In this document: in pieces, positions 49,905-62,600 of the stretch | Position numbering within the stretch: the first letter of the stretch is position 1 | Layout of the letters: each line of letters starts with the position of its first letter | Assembly (NCBI GenBank): GCA_965178125.1 | Contig: OZ237748.1 | Location: forward strand, 434,001-498,000 | Length of the DNA stretch: 64,000 bases | Source of the DNA: Bilabrum cf. latius | Taxonomy: Eukaryota | Direction of reading: 5' to 3' | Position numbers and translations under genes: made by a program | Notes under the pieces: model-generated | The model's database searches: none | What the model was told of the DNA's origin: nothing | The model's input: only the letters and a program-made list of their open reading frames with translations

Positions 49905-51104
49905 TTAAACAAAAATGCTCTTGATACTAGCAGCAAGGAACTCGGGCGTGGGATGCAAATAATCCCTGTAAGCATCGCTGGCCCACCTGCCTAAGGCCTA
50001 CAAGACATCGGCCGGGACGCCACGTTCCAAGCAGCACGTTGCTGCTCCATGGCGGAGAGAGTGAGCTGTTAGTCGCTCGAACCCGATAACGTCGGCTGCC
50101 TAGGCTGTGTCTCGAATCAGATCGGTCCAGTGCCGCTTTGTCAAGATTGGTTTACCCCTCCTGCGGGACCATGAGGGGGCCGTGCTCGGGAAAAGGCCGC
50201 TCGAGATGGAGAAATCCTTGCGGGCAGTCAGTCGACGGAGCCGCTTTTGCACGTTGAAGGGCGCAGGAGCCTCAGGGAATGCGATACAGCGATCGTCTTC
50301 GCCTCGCTAGTTGGTCTTGTCGCGAGGGAGAGCAAGGATTAGGGTCTGTCCACTCTTGTCCAGGTGCCTCCATGTCAGAGGTACGGCGGCATCTTTGGCC
50401 GATGGGTAGCATTCGCTGCCACGAAGCATGCCGATAAATGCTATCAACAATGCCACCTGACAGTGCTCGTCTGCGGCTGAGTGGCATGGCAGCTGGAGCA
50501 TACGTCTCAGCTCGCTGAGACGGAGCGGCCGCTTCGATGCCAAGTGCGCCGTGATATCGAATCTAGCCAGCGTATTGAACACACCCTTGACGAACTGCTT
50601 CACGATACGGTCTTGGCGGGGGGAGACCCAGGCTGGTGTCCAGTCACGGCGCAGGGCGATGCTGGCGAGCTAACTGAGCTTCTTGAGCATCGTCCGAGTG
50701 GAGGAGACTCGGCGTGGGGGTGACTTGCCGTTGCTTGAGACAGTTGGAGGCTGAGCTAAGGCTAGATCAAGAATGAAAGTCTTCAATCTGGCTGCAGTCA
50801 CACCGAAATCACTCGAGCTCCTTCGATCCTCTTGCGACACTGACCGCCTCCATTGCTCCTGAGTTGCCCGATAATGGTCCCAGGTGGAGGCAGCAAGATC
50901 AGCAACCTCCGCTGTCGCTGCAAGCTCCTTGAGAGAGCTGGCTGACAGGCGAGCACCGGTCGAGACTGCCCGATGAAGCTGATGGCCGTCCATTTGGGCC
51001 GGGCCTCCCCCCTCATTTCCTGCCTTTGGTCTTGCCTGCACTAAGAGAAGAGGTAGCAGCAGACGGAGCAAATCCCGAAGGGTGCAAGTCTTGAAGACAC
51101 GCAA
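49905..51104 (-). CDS. Tyrosine recombinase (DIRS/Ngaro type); start codon uncertain
   Basis: One frame through four TAGs to TAA 49905: LAASTWDHY, GMLRGSE, LPRDKTN(Q)RG, TAHSLRHGAAT, VL(Q)ALGRWASDAYRDY. The R-K-H-R-W-Y catalytic set is present. Confidence 0.9.
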
Positions 51105-51596
51105 TAGGGGGATGCAGGCGAAATGGCATTGCTGCCGTCACCGTGGATCGCGATGGGCCGGACGCGCAAGCAAGAGCATCAGCAAGCGTGTTAGCCTCGC
51201 GAGACAACCAGGCAGGCAGTAGGCCAGGCACAGCAAGGCGCTGAACCTCTTTGAAAATGAGGAACAGCGCTTCATTCAGTTGCCGCGACGAAGAACTTCG
51301 CTTTGCAACTGCCCCAGCGAGGGCTCCACTATCACCAATCCAAACAGCGCCGGTGGCACCGTGGGTGGTATGAGAGCAGAACAACAAGGCCATGTACAGT
51401 CCGACCGCCTCGCGAAGTGTACTAGATGATGCTGCTAGAGCCGAACCAGGCGAGAAGTCTACAGCCAACGCGAGAGGCTTGACAACGTGCCGTGGTCGCT
51501 CAATGATAGCCGCAGCGCCTGACTCCCCCGCGTCAGACGTGATGATGATGAGGTCGTCCCAGAACCGTGGCGCCTGCAGAGGACAACAGGTAGGAG
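51013..51596 (-). pseudogene. RNase H domain remnant of the Ngaro pol ORF
   Basis: IITSDAGESG ... SSTLREAVGL ... WIGDS ... WLSREANTLADALA (D-E-D-D pattern of DIRS-like RNase H). It begins abruptly after repeat A1 and overlaps the YR frame. Confidence 0.8.
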
Positions 51597-51841
51597 AACA
51601 TCAAGCAGTGGGAATCACCTCCTATGGAGTTGCCCCTGCCTGTCTTCCCAGTGTGTATTGCCACATAATGACAATTATTACTGAGAATATCGGGGCACAG
51701 CTGTAGAACACAGGTGCCACCGAAATTCCGAACAAGTGAGAGCCTCACATCTGCGCTCGGACTTGCGACCAATACTACACAATCTCTCCGATCTAAATCA
51801 CTTCGTAACGTGCCTCCGTACCTACGGCACACAACTGACGG

Positions 51842-54800
51842 TACCATTGATACCTGCATGAGCGGAAAGTGCCCGCGCGAAGCGCGGTCGTCGGCCCATT
51901 ACATAAGGTCTTGCCTCGCTTTTTGCCTTGTCCTACTTCTTCGAATGTTTAGTCGATCCAATATCGAAGGAGCACGCAATGATTCTAAAGTGACCCTCGA
52001 GGGAAGGCTCTGCCAGCGAGGTGGACTTAATGCTAGATCTTGCTGATGCATTCGTTGCAGAGTGCTTCACACGGCGCAGCTTCAGAACGATACCGGATCG
52101 ATACTCCAGTGACTCGCAATCACTGCTACTTGCATGCAGTGATTCCATACCAGCCCGTGGAGCTGCAGCAGCGAAGCCAAGAGCTGACTGTCTACTGCTT
52201 ATATCGTCCAGTAGTTCCATGCCAGAACTTGGTCTTTCAGCGGAAAGACCAGCTGATGCACGACAACTACTTCGTGAGGGCACTGCTTCCATGCCAGTGC
52301 TCGCAGCAGTACCGTAGCCCACTGATGCCTTCCTACCGCTGCCTGCATCCAGTTCTTCCATGCCAGCGCTGGAAGCAGAACCGTAGCCCAGTGCTGCCTT
52401 CCTACCGCTGCCTGCATCCAGTGCTTCCATGCCAGCGCTGGAAGCAGAACCGTAGCCTAGTGCTGCGTTCCTACCGCTGCCTGCATCCAGTGCTTCCATG
52501 CCAGCGCTGGAAGCAGAACCGTAGCCTAGTGCTGCGTTCCTACCGCTACTTGCATCCAGTGCTTCCATGCCAGCGCTGGAAGCCGAACCGTAGCCTAGTG
52601 CTGCGTTCCTACCGCTGCCTGCATCCAGTGCTTCCATACCAGCCCGTGGAGCTGCAGCAGCGAAGCCAAGAGCTGACTGTCTACTGCTTATATCGTCCAG
52701 TAGTTCCATGCCAGAACTTGGTCTTTCAGCGGAAAGACCAGCTGATGCACGACAACTACTTCGTGAGGGCACTGCTTCCATGCCAGTGCTCGCAGCAGTA
52801 CCGTAGCCTAGTGCTGCGTTCCTACCGCTGCCTGCATCCAGTGCTTCCATGCCAGCGCTGGAAGCAGAACCGTAGCCCAGTGATGCCTTCCTACCGCTGC
52901 CTGCATCCAGTGCTTCCATGCCAGCGCTGGAAGCAGAACCGTAGCCCAGTGATGCCTTCCTACCGCTGCCTGCATCCAGTGCTTCCATGCCAGCGCTGGA
53001 AGCAGAACCGTAGCCTAGTGCTGCGTTCCTACCGCTGCCTGCATCCAGTGCTTCCATGCTAGCGCTGGAAGCAGAACCGTAGCCTATTGCTGCGTTCCTA
53101 CCGCTGCCTGCATCCAGTGCTTCCATGCCAGCGCTGGAAGCAGAACCGTAGCCCACTGATGCCTTCCTACCGCTGCTTGCATCCAGTGCTTCCATGCCAG
53201 CGCTGGAAGCAGAACCGTAGCCCAGTGATGCCTTCCTACCGCTGCCTGCATCCAGTGCTTCCATGCCAGCGCTGGAAGCAGAACCGTAGCCTAGTGCTGC
53301 GTTCCTACCGCTGCCTGCATCCAGTGCTTCCATGCCAGCGCTGGAAGCAGAACCGTAGCCTACTGATGCCTTCCTACCGCTGCCTGCATCCAGTGCTTCC
53401 ATGCCAGCGCTGGAAGCAGAACCGTAGCCTAGTGCTGCGTTCCTACCGCTGCTTGCATCCAGTGCTTCCATGCTAGCGCTGGAAGCAGAACCGTAGCCTA
53501 TTGCTGCGTTCCTACCGCTGCCTGCATCCAGTGCTTCCATGCCAGCGCTGGAAGCAGAACCGTAGCCCAGTGATGCCTTCCTACCGCTGCCTGCATCCAG
53601 TGCTTCCATGCCAGCGCTGGAAGCAGAACCGTAGCCCAGTGATGCCTTCCTACCGCTGCCTGCATCCAGTGCTTCCATGCCAGCGCTGGAAGCAGAACCG
53701 TAGCCTAGTGCTGCGTTCCTACCGCTGCCTGCATCCAGTGCTTCCATGCCAGCGCTGGAAGCAGAACCGTAGCCTAGTGCTGCGTTCCTACCGCTGCTTG
53801 CATCCAGTGCTTCCGTGCCAGCGCTGGAAGCCGAACCGTAGCCTAGTGCTGCGTTCCTACCGCTACTTGCATCCAGTGCTTCCATGCCAGCGCTGGAAGC
53901 AGAACCGTAGCCTAGTGCTGCCTTCCTACCGCTGCTTGCATCCAGTGCTTCCATGCCAGCGCTGGAAGCAGAACCGTAGCCTAGTGCTGCGTTCCTACCG
54001 CTGCCTGCATCCAGTGCTTCCATGCCAGCGCTGGAAGCCGAACCGTAGCCTAGTGCTGCGTTCCTACCGCTGCCTGCATCCAGTGCTTCCATGCCAGCGC
54101 TGGAAGCAGAACCGTAGCCTAGTGCTGCGTTCCTACCGCTGCCTGCATCCAGTGCTTCCATGCCAGCGCTGGAAGCAGAACCGTAGCCTAGTGCTGCGTT
54201 CCTACCGCTGCCTGCATCCAGTGCTTCCATGCCAGCGCTGGAAGCCGAACCGTAGCCTAGTGCTGCGTTCCTACCGCTGCTTGCATCCAGTGCTTCCATG
54301 CCAGCGCTGGAAGCAGAACCGTAGCCTAGTGCTGCGTTCCTACCGCTGCCTGCATCCAGTGCTTCCATGCCAGTGCTCGCAGCAGTACCGTAGCCTAGTG
54401 CTGCGGTCCTACCGCTGCTTGCATCCAGTGCTTCCATGCCAGCGCTGGAAGCCGAACCGTAGCCTAGTGCTGCGTTCCTACCGCTGCCTGCATCCAGTGC
54501 TTCCATGCCAGCGCTGGAAGCCGAACCGTAGCCTAGTGCTGCGTTCCTACCGCTGCCTGCATCCAGTGCTTCCATGCCAGCGCTGGAAGCAGAACCGTAG
54601 CCCAGTGATGCCTTCCTACCGCTGCCTGCATCCAGTGCTTCCATGCCAGCGCTGGAAGCCGAACCGTAGCCTAGTGCTGCGTTCCTACCGCTGCTTGCAT
54701 CCAGTGCTTCCATGCCAGCGCTGGAAGCCGAACCGTAGCCTAGTGCTGCCTTCCTACCGCTGCCTGCATCCAGTGCTTCCATGCCAGCGCTGGAAACAGA

Positions 54801-57800
54801 ACCGTAGCCCAGTGATGCCTTCCTACCGCTGCCTGCATCCAGTGCTTCCATGCCAGCGCTGGAAGCCGAACCGTAGCCTAGTGCTGCGTTCCTACCGCTG
54901 CCTGCATCCAGTGCTGGTCTGCCTGCACGCGCTGATTGAATCGCGTTGAGACGGCTGTCACTGAAGTCACTTATCAGTTTCGCAGTACGGTGCAAAGTAT
55001 TAGGCTACAGCGAGTTCACGACAGCTTCAGCTCTTTGACGAAGTACACGTTCTACGTTGTGAAGAGGACGAACTGGGGTCGACAGCCTTTCCAGGTCAAG
55101 CACGGTATATTCGGGTGTAGCGGATTCCTTTGATCGCTGTAGTACTGCAGTGTGTGACAATTGGCCTGACTTGTCTGGTCCTTTTGACGGTCGCGGACCC
55201 TCAACTTCCGGTGAGCCTGTCTGCTACAGTACCCCAGACGAAGCCGAATGTTGAAAGTCGTCTGCATAAGAAGATCTATGGGGCCCTTCCGGTGCCAATG
55301 ATGCAGAGGCGGAAGGAGCACTACCATCTCCAACACATTGCGGAGTAGACGAAGCTTCGATACCATCGTCGTCATCGCTGTCGAACGTAGGACCACTTAT
55401 GACACAGGAAGAAGCAATTCTCTCAAAGTGAACCTTGCTTGCTCGAAAGTGATCCATACTGTATCCCTCGTGTAACAGAGCACTGCCTACATCCTTTTGC
55501 AGCTCTAGCGACAGCTTACTAAACTCAGACGTGATCAATTGAAGCAGGTTTTTCTCGCCGAGTCTGTCGCTATGACTATCCACAAACTACTACAAACGAG
55601 ATCGATATGGTAGCCCCTTGTAACCGCAGCAGTACACTAAGGCCCGAATCAAACGCTATGGACGGATGCCGTGTTCGTCCTTGTTCAGCCTCGTATCAGT
55701 GAGCCTACTCATCATGACACCCATCTGTGCGTCTGCATACAGAGCGTCGCGCTGAAGCTGCTTCCTCAGCGATGACGAAAGCTTTGCACCAGACACCATG
55801 GAACCAAGAACGGCTTGCTCGTCTTTCCTACTGTGGTGTACGTTTGACCCTACCAGATGGTGCGTCGCATCGCAACGTAGTGACTGCGACATGCTTCCCT
55901 GTATTTTTGCGTGTGGCTAGAGGCTAGTCGGATTCAGTGTTAGCCTGCTTCTGATAGAGCACGATACCATCTGCACGGCGCATAGCTCGGCTGGTGTCAG
56001 GCCTTTCAAGGGAGCGGGTGTTGCAACTCGATATCTCACTGCACGGCCTGCATCGTGCACCAGCTGCGCTGCAATCTTCCGGGCCTCGGACACCACTGGA
56101 TCTGAATCGTGAGCAGGAATACCGCCATTGTCTTCGCAATATGTGACGACGGCTTTGATTGCCTCCACGCACGCTTTGTGGGAGCATGTTCCTACAAAAT
56201 ACCGCGCAGAAAATTCTCTTCTGTCTGGTACTGCCATGGCTTCGAGTCTGCCGGCAAGCCTGCTGGATGATCGTCCAACTTGCACTGGCCTCTTGTTCTT
56301 TCCCCACTGAGAGGCACTCGGAGTGTGCAGCAGTGGCCCCACGACATCTCTCGCGAGCATGCCATGGCCCCTGGAGAGGATGGGGAAGGGATCTACCCCG
56401 AGGATGCGAGGATGTCCGTCAGCCCGAGGTTCAAGCATCTTCTGCTCAAATGTCTGTCCATAGAACTCCCAAGCAGGCAGCAGTTGTTCCCGGATTTGCT
56501 CGCTCGGCTCACCAATCCTTGTGTCGGTGACTGGTCTTTGCTTGAAGAAAGCTTCACTGATTGGCTGGAACACGCTGGTTCTCCAATCTCGTAACTGTCC
56601 GCAGCTGACGCAATGGCCAAGACGTTGTCCAGCGGCAAGGTCCCCCCGCCACACGTCAAGCATTGGGCTACGTAGTTGACCATCAATTGCTCTGCAAGGG
56701 ACGTGCACGTAAGCTTTTTGTCCATCATGCTGAAAAGTCTTCACCTGCATAGGGGCGAGTGACAGGAATCTCTCCGTCATGCTGAGTAGCAAGTGCTCCC
56801 ACCCACCCGCCGACTTCAGGATCTCCAATGCATTGACTGTCTGTTGTGCCAGATCTGTAAACTGGTGCCCGCAGTGCTTCATGACTTTGCGAACTCGATT
56901 TAAAACAGCGTGTCGACCGATGAATGGCCTCTCGTGCTGAGGCAACCCTTCGCCAAGTTCCTGGAATGGGAACACGTACCGTGCCATCAAGCGAAGCAGA
57001 TGAGAGTCCCAAGCGTGTGGGCCAGAATCGAGTAGAATCTCCCTAAAAACAGTGTGTAGCCAGTCCTTGTTTTTGTCTCTACTGCGTTTCAGCGTGATTG
57101 CGCCCAATCGAATCAAATTTGGGTTGTCAATCAAACGACGTGCGAGAATTTGCAGTCTCGAGCCCTTGATCTGGCCGGTTGTGTTGTCGAAGTGGGTCTG
57201 GAGCAATTTTGCTAACCTCTCAGCTTCGAAGCAAGTACAATCATGAATAGCAGTCTTGCCCTCTGATTCTATACCCTCTGCATTATTGGAGGTAGAATCA
57301 CCGTTCTCACTACCTATGTGAGCAGTGCCTGTGAAGGTCTAGTAGGAAAGGCTGGATCACTTGCAGAACTCTTTGTGCAATATGATGATTGGCAAGAAGG
57401 TCGTACATGATAGGGGTAGTGGTTGTCTCACTGCCGGAGCTGCACCTTGAACAGCTTTTCCATGCCGCTTGCATGTCTTCGCCGAGCATGCACGAGGCAA
57501 CCACTGGATCTGGTCCCATTTTTTCGATGAGCAACTCTTGAAATCGTTTCAAGCGCGGTGGTGTAGCTTCTCGCTACGGCACTATAGCTGCTTCCTCTGC
57601 TACGTTGCCAGGAGATGGCTGTGGCGGTAGAGAAGCATCGGGCTGGGCAGTATCTCGCCCTAATGCAGTTCGTGCTGATCTGGAGACTGCGCTGGCGAGG
57701 CTACTGTCGGTAGATCTAGTGCGTCCACTGCTAGTGCCGAAAAAATCAGCACGCTCCATTGACTGCCTGGAACCGCGTGATTTTGCCATAGCCTGACCTT

Positions 57801-57831
57801 TCCGCACTGCTTTCTATGACCTCTTCGGCAT
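51842..57831 (-). CDS. Helitron polyprotein, 5' part: uncharacterised N-terminal region plus 23-aa repeat tract
   Basis: Frame is open (TAG only in the segments read) from about 57356 to 51842 and is the same frame as 48484-38955 after removing the 3357-bp insertion. Candidate ATG 57831 (MPKRS(Q)KAVRKG) is in another frame, so a frameshift or intron is needed near 57310-57450. Probable 5' intron GTAAGT..CTCGCAG at about 57971-57865. Confidence 0.7.
52140..54915 (-). repeat. Coding minisatellite, 69-bp unit (ALDAGSGRNAALGYGSASSAGME), about 40 units
   Basis: Directly visible. Several unit variants are synonymous in this frame (TCT/TCG, CTA/CTG). Confidence 0.95.
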
Positions 57832-58199
57832 TGCAGACGGCCTCCGTAAATCAGCTTTCTTTTCCTGCGAGAATTGGTGCGATGAAAGAAGCCGTGCCCT
57901 TGTACCGAGTCGTTTAGTACACGTTGTTCAGCTGCGTCGCAAAATTTCAACCATTTCCAGTCCATACTTACGATCTAGATAGTCTTAAAATTCCCAAGCT
58001 GAGTAAATGCTGGTATGTAACCTTGATTGGGTGCGCAGAGCGCAAGTTCCGAGATGTGAAAAACGATTGGAATCGAGGATCGGATCATTTGTCGCCGCGG
58101 CGGAACATTATGAGCCAGTGGTAACCGATGCTAGCATGGCTTTGCAGAGCTGCGCAGGTGTACGATTTTCAGTACACCTCTGTCTAGCCATACCTAGCA

Positions 58200-58670
58200 G
58201 CCGTGACCATCCCAGCGCGCCCCGATTAGCGGCCACGCATGAGACGACGCTGCACCTCACCGCACCTCACTGCTCGTCTGGTCGCCGTCTCCTCCTGGCC
58301 CGACTGTGCGTCTTCCCCTTGCCCAGCTCACCGTCCACCAGTGCCTAGCTGCCGTAAGCGCCCCCGACAGCGGCCACGCATGAGACGACGCTGCACCTCA
58401 CCGCACCTCACTGCTCCTCTGGTCGCCGTCTCCTCCTGGCCCGACTGTGCGTCTTGCCGTTGCCGTCTGCTCGCCGTCCTCTCCTGAACCGGCTTGCCGT
58501 CCACCAGTGCCTAGCTGCCGTGAGGAGTCCGGCGCGCACTCGACAGCGGCCACGCATGAGACGACGCTGCAATGCGCTGTACTGCACCTCACGGGCCGTC
58601 TGCTCGCCGTCCTCTCCTGACCCGGAGCACCGTCCACGAATGCCTAGCTGCCGTGAGGAGTCCGGCGGGC
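58200..58670. repeat. Degenerate tandem repeat, about 140-180-bp units
   Basis: AGCGGCCACGCATGAGACGACGCTGCA occurs at about 58228, 58369 and 58546; CCTAGCTGCCGT recurs. Confidence 0.85.
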
Positions 58671-59682
58671 ACTGGAAAGCGCGCACCTGTAGAAGAGGTT
58701 GGGGTCGAAGCTTGTTCGCCAATAGTCACCTCGTAGATCAACATCTTGGCATTGTCTGACTGTATCAGACAACATCATCCCGCCGAATGGAGGCTGATGT
58801 TTTGCTCTCAATAGAGGACGAGATGGTTGCTTGGCGTGTTCATCATGGTTGGACGGCGACGCTGTTGATTTTTGGCCTACGTTGAGGAAGGCACTTCTGG
58901 TAGGCTTTGGAATGTACACGTTTACGTAAACAGGTACTGGCGACGACTTGCAAAACAGCAAATCTGCGCCTCTGGCAGCATTATGGTCTGGCTGCAAGGT
59001 TTGAGACACCTCAGAGATAGGGAAGATAACAGCTCGAAGAGACAAATATTCAGCGAATACGAAACTGTTAATTAGAACACTCTTACTGTGCTTGTTATCA
59101 TGCCGTGTAGAGTACTACAGCAGCAGCGCAAACTACTTTCTCAGATCAAGGCAGGTACCCAGAGAAATTCAAGCCAAAGCGATATAGCACTCTTCAGCTA
59201 GTGCTATAGAATCGATATTGATCTTATCTGTTAAGCGAGTCAGTCGCAAGACGCTATGATTGAAGTCAAATAGTAGGTTCGCTGCTGGACCTTACTGGGA
59301 AGTACTCTGATGATCGGATCAGCCTGCAGCCACACAGATTTTCCGGGCGGGAGAATCGTAAAGGCTTTTTCCCTAGTACATGCACTGACTTAAAGACACC
59401 AGATTTCTTCCTCATTTTACAATTAGGAACTTTTGTACTGGCAAATTTTTGAGATATGCTCTCAATATGTCTGTGGCCCGAAAGGTTCGCTGGAGGTGGC
59501 CGTCGGCGTCATGATTTTCGATTCGTGCTCGTTGCCTGAAACCTCGATTTAGAAACAGCCAGCGGCAAACGATTCTACTAAGATAGACAAAGATAGTCCG
59601 GGGGCTCCGGGTGGGGCCCCGCGGGGCAGAAAGGTTCGAAATCAAAACCCCCTGAGGGCGAACTATAGTACTAGTTCGTTTC

Positions 59683-62600
59683 TTAACAAGAGGGAAAGGA
59701 CCTAAGCCCGCCCCCCATGGGTTCGGAGATGGGAGTGGGTGGCGGGCCGGGTAGCGGGAGTGGCGAGCTGCCGTCGCGTGCCGGGCGGTCGCAGCCTGCC
59801 GCCAGCGATGATGATGGTCGCAAGCAGGGGAGCGTCAGGCACAATGGGCGTGCCCGCCACGATGGAGGCAACGCAGAGTTAGGAGATGCAGGTGAGCCGT
59901 GAGATGCAACTGGCTGCCGCCGTGGTGCTTCGCGGTGCTGCTGCCGGGGTGCTGGAGGGCGGTAGCTCGCAGATGTCAGCATTACATGAGCTCACGAGGC
60001 ACTGAACGCCTGCCGGCGGTCGGCGGCGGCGATGCAATTTGCCATGAATAGCTCCATAGAGTCCATTGTGCCGGCGCGTCGTCGTCTCCCTGAAGCCTGG
60101 ATCGCTCCCGCGGTCGGATTCAGCAGCGGCGGGGCGGAGGGAGGGCGAGCCGGCCGCTTGGAGCCCTCCCTCCCCGATCAAAGCAGCAGCGCACGCGGGC
60201 AATCGAATCTATGTCTTACTTGATTTTGTTTTAAAGCGCTGTTGCATCTGCGATAGGAGCTGACTGGAGCGCGGACGCGTTGTGCCTCGAGGCTCGTGGC
60301 GTTGGAAGCTGCTGTTGGTCCGCTCACTCGACTCATCGATGCTATCACGCCTATCTCACCGTGGAATTGCGTGTTTGATATTCAATCAAGTAAGATTCCG
60401 TTGCTCGTGGCATCGATGCTGCGGGGATTGAGCTTGCTGTTGGAGGTGACAGCATTTGCGCGCCACCTCAGTGCTTCTCCAGAGCCGGGCACGGCATGGG
60501 CAGCCGATCGGCCAGCAGAAATCATGATGTTATAATGCAAAGACAACAATCTATTGGCTTACCGGCGCATTCGAGGGGTGGAATGAATCGGATCGAGTGG
60601 AGCGCGAGAGGGATCGGATCAGTGCGCGGCAGGGAGGAGTTTATCCGGGCGCGCGAATCCCTAAGGGGTTTTGTTTCGTGGGAGAATCCAACAGGCACCA
60701 AGGGCAACCTTATTCCTTTATTGATGATCATACTAATTGGTCAGGGATAAGCGATCCCTTGCGTTTTAGTCGAGATACTTTCCGAAACGCGGTAGCCGAA
60801 CGGACAACTCGGGGTGGCAGGCACTTCCCGCCGCCGCTCGCGCCCCGCCAGATTGCGATGGCGGCGCGCGCGCCCATTGAATGTTATCTTGTAGAACTAA
60901 ACTAAGTTCTCCGCTCGGTCCCTGAGCGGGCCCGGGCCCGCAAGCCCCCGATCCCGGATCCCGCCCCGACTCGTTCTAATATTACTATTTATGTTAACAA
61001 GAGGGAAAGGACCTAAGCCCGCCCCCCATGGGTTCGGAGATGGGAGTGGGTGGCGGGCCGGGTAGCGGGAGTGGCGAGCTGCCGTCGCGTGCCGGGCGGT
61101 CGCAGCCTGCCGCCAGCGATGATGATGGTCGCAAGCAGGGGAGCGTCAGGCACAATGGGCGTGCCCGCCACGATGGAGGCAACGCAGAGTTAGGAGATGC
61201 AGGTGAGCCGTGAGATGCAACTGGCTGCCGCCGTGGTGCTTCGCGGTGCTGCTGCCGGGGTGCTGGAGGGCGGTAGCTCGCAGATGTCAGCATTACATGA
61301 GCTCACGAGGCACTGAACGCCTGCCGGCGGTCGGCGGCGGCGATGCAATTTGCCATGAATAGCTCCATAGAGTCCATTGTGCCGGCGCGTCGTCGTCTCC
61401 CTGAAGCCTGGATCGCTCCCGCGGTCGGATTCAGCAGCGGCGGGGCGGAGGGAGGGCGAGCCGGCCGCTTGGAGCCCTCCCTCCCCGATCAAAGCAGCAG
61501 CGCACGCGGGCAATCGAATCTATTTCTTACTTGATTTTGTTTTAAAGCGCTGTTGCATCTGCGATAGGAGCTGACTGGAGCGCGGACGCGTTGTGCCTCG
61601 AGGCTCGTGGCGTTGGAAGCTGCTGTTGGTCCGCTCACTCGACTCATCGATGCTATCACGCCTATCTCACCGTGGAATTGCGTGTTTGATATTCAATCAA
61701 GTAAGATTCCGTTGCTCGTGGCATCGATGCTGCGGGGATTGAGCTTGCTGTTGGAGGTGACAGCATTTGCGCGCCACCTCAGTGCTTCTCCAGAGCCGGG
61801 CACGGCATGGGCAGCCGATCGGCCAGCAGAAATCATGATGTTATAATGCAAATACAACAATCTATTGGCTTACCGGCGCATTCGAGGGGTGGAATGAATC
61901 GGATCGAGTGGAGCGCGAGAGGGATCGGATCAGTGCGCGGCAGGGAGGAGTTTATCCGGGCGCGCGAATCCCTAAGGCTTTTTGTTTCGTGGGAGAATCC
62001 AACAGGCACCAAGGGCAACCTTATTCCTTTATTGATGATCATACTAATTGGTCAGGGATAAGCGATCCCTTGCGTTTTAGTCGAGATACTTTCCGAAACG
62101 CGGTAGCCGAACGGACAACTCGGGGTGGCAGGCACTTCCCGCCGCCGCTCGCGCCCCGCCAGATTGCGATGGCGGCGCGCGCGCCCATTGAATGTTATCT
62201 TGTAGAACTAAACTAAGTTCTCCGCTCGGTCCCTGAGCGGGCCCGGGCCCGCAAGCCCCCGATCCCGGATCCCGCCCCGACTCGTTCTAATATTACTATT
62301 TATGTTAACAAGAGGGAAAGGACCTAAGCCCGCCCCCCATGGGTTCGGAGATGGGAGTGGGTGGCGGGCCGGGTAGCGGGAGTGGCGAGCTGCCGTCGCG
62401 TGCCGGGCGGTCGCAGCCTGCCGCCAGCGATGATGATGGTCGCAAGCAGGGGAGCGTCAGGCACAATGGGCGTGCCCGCCACGATGGAGGCAACGCAGAG
62501 TTAGGAGATGCAGGTGAGCCGTGAGATGCAACTGGCTGCCGCCGTGGTGCTTCGCGGTGCTGCTGCCGGGGTGCTGGAGGGCGGTAGCTCGCAGATGTCA

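Larger units (their letters stand above)
48485..51841 (-). mobile_element. Ngaro-type tyrosine-recombinase retroelement, internally deleted (no gag or RT), inserted in the Helitron ORF
   Basis: A1 51841-51597, B1 49433-49146, A2 49145-48901, spacer, B2 48772-48485. Near-identical repeats to the 11871-22244 element. Encodes an RNase H remnant and a YR. No TSD; length 3357 bp. Confidence 0.93.

Noticed and set aside
52140-54915. Alternative minus frame of the 69-bp repeat reads RQRQERSTRLRFCFQRWHGSTGC, resembling 23-aa Sfi1 centrin-binding repeats; long + strand ORFs (340 and 482 aa) also occur
   Set aside because: That frame is closed by TGA/TAA on both sides (about 54960, 52122, 52029, 51951). 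Unit variants are synonymous in the ALDAGSG frame, which is continuous with RepHel. The + ORFs are shadows of the repeat.
29265-57831. Reading the RT, YR and Helitron ORFs as stop-riddled pseudogenes
   Set aside because: Interruptions are exclusively TAG, with almost no frameshifts, and several fall at conserved Gln positions. Random decay would also yield TGA, TAA and indels.
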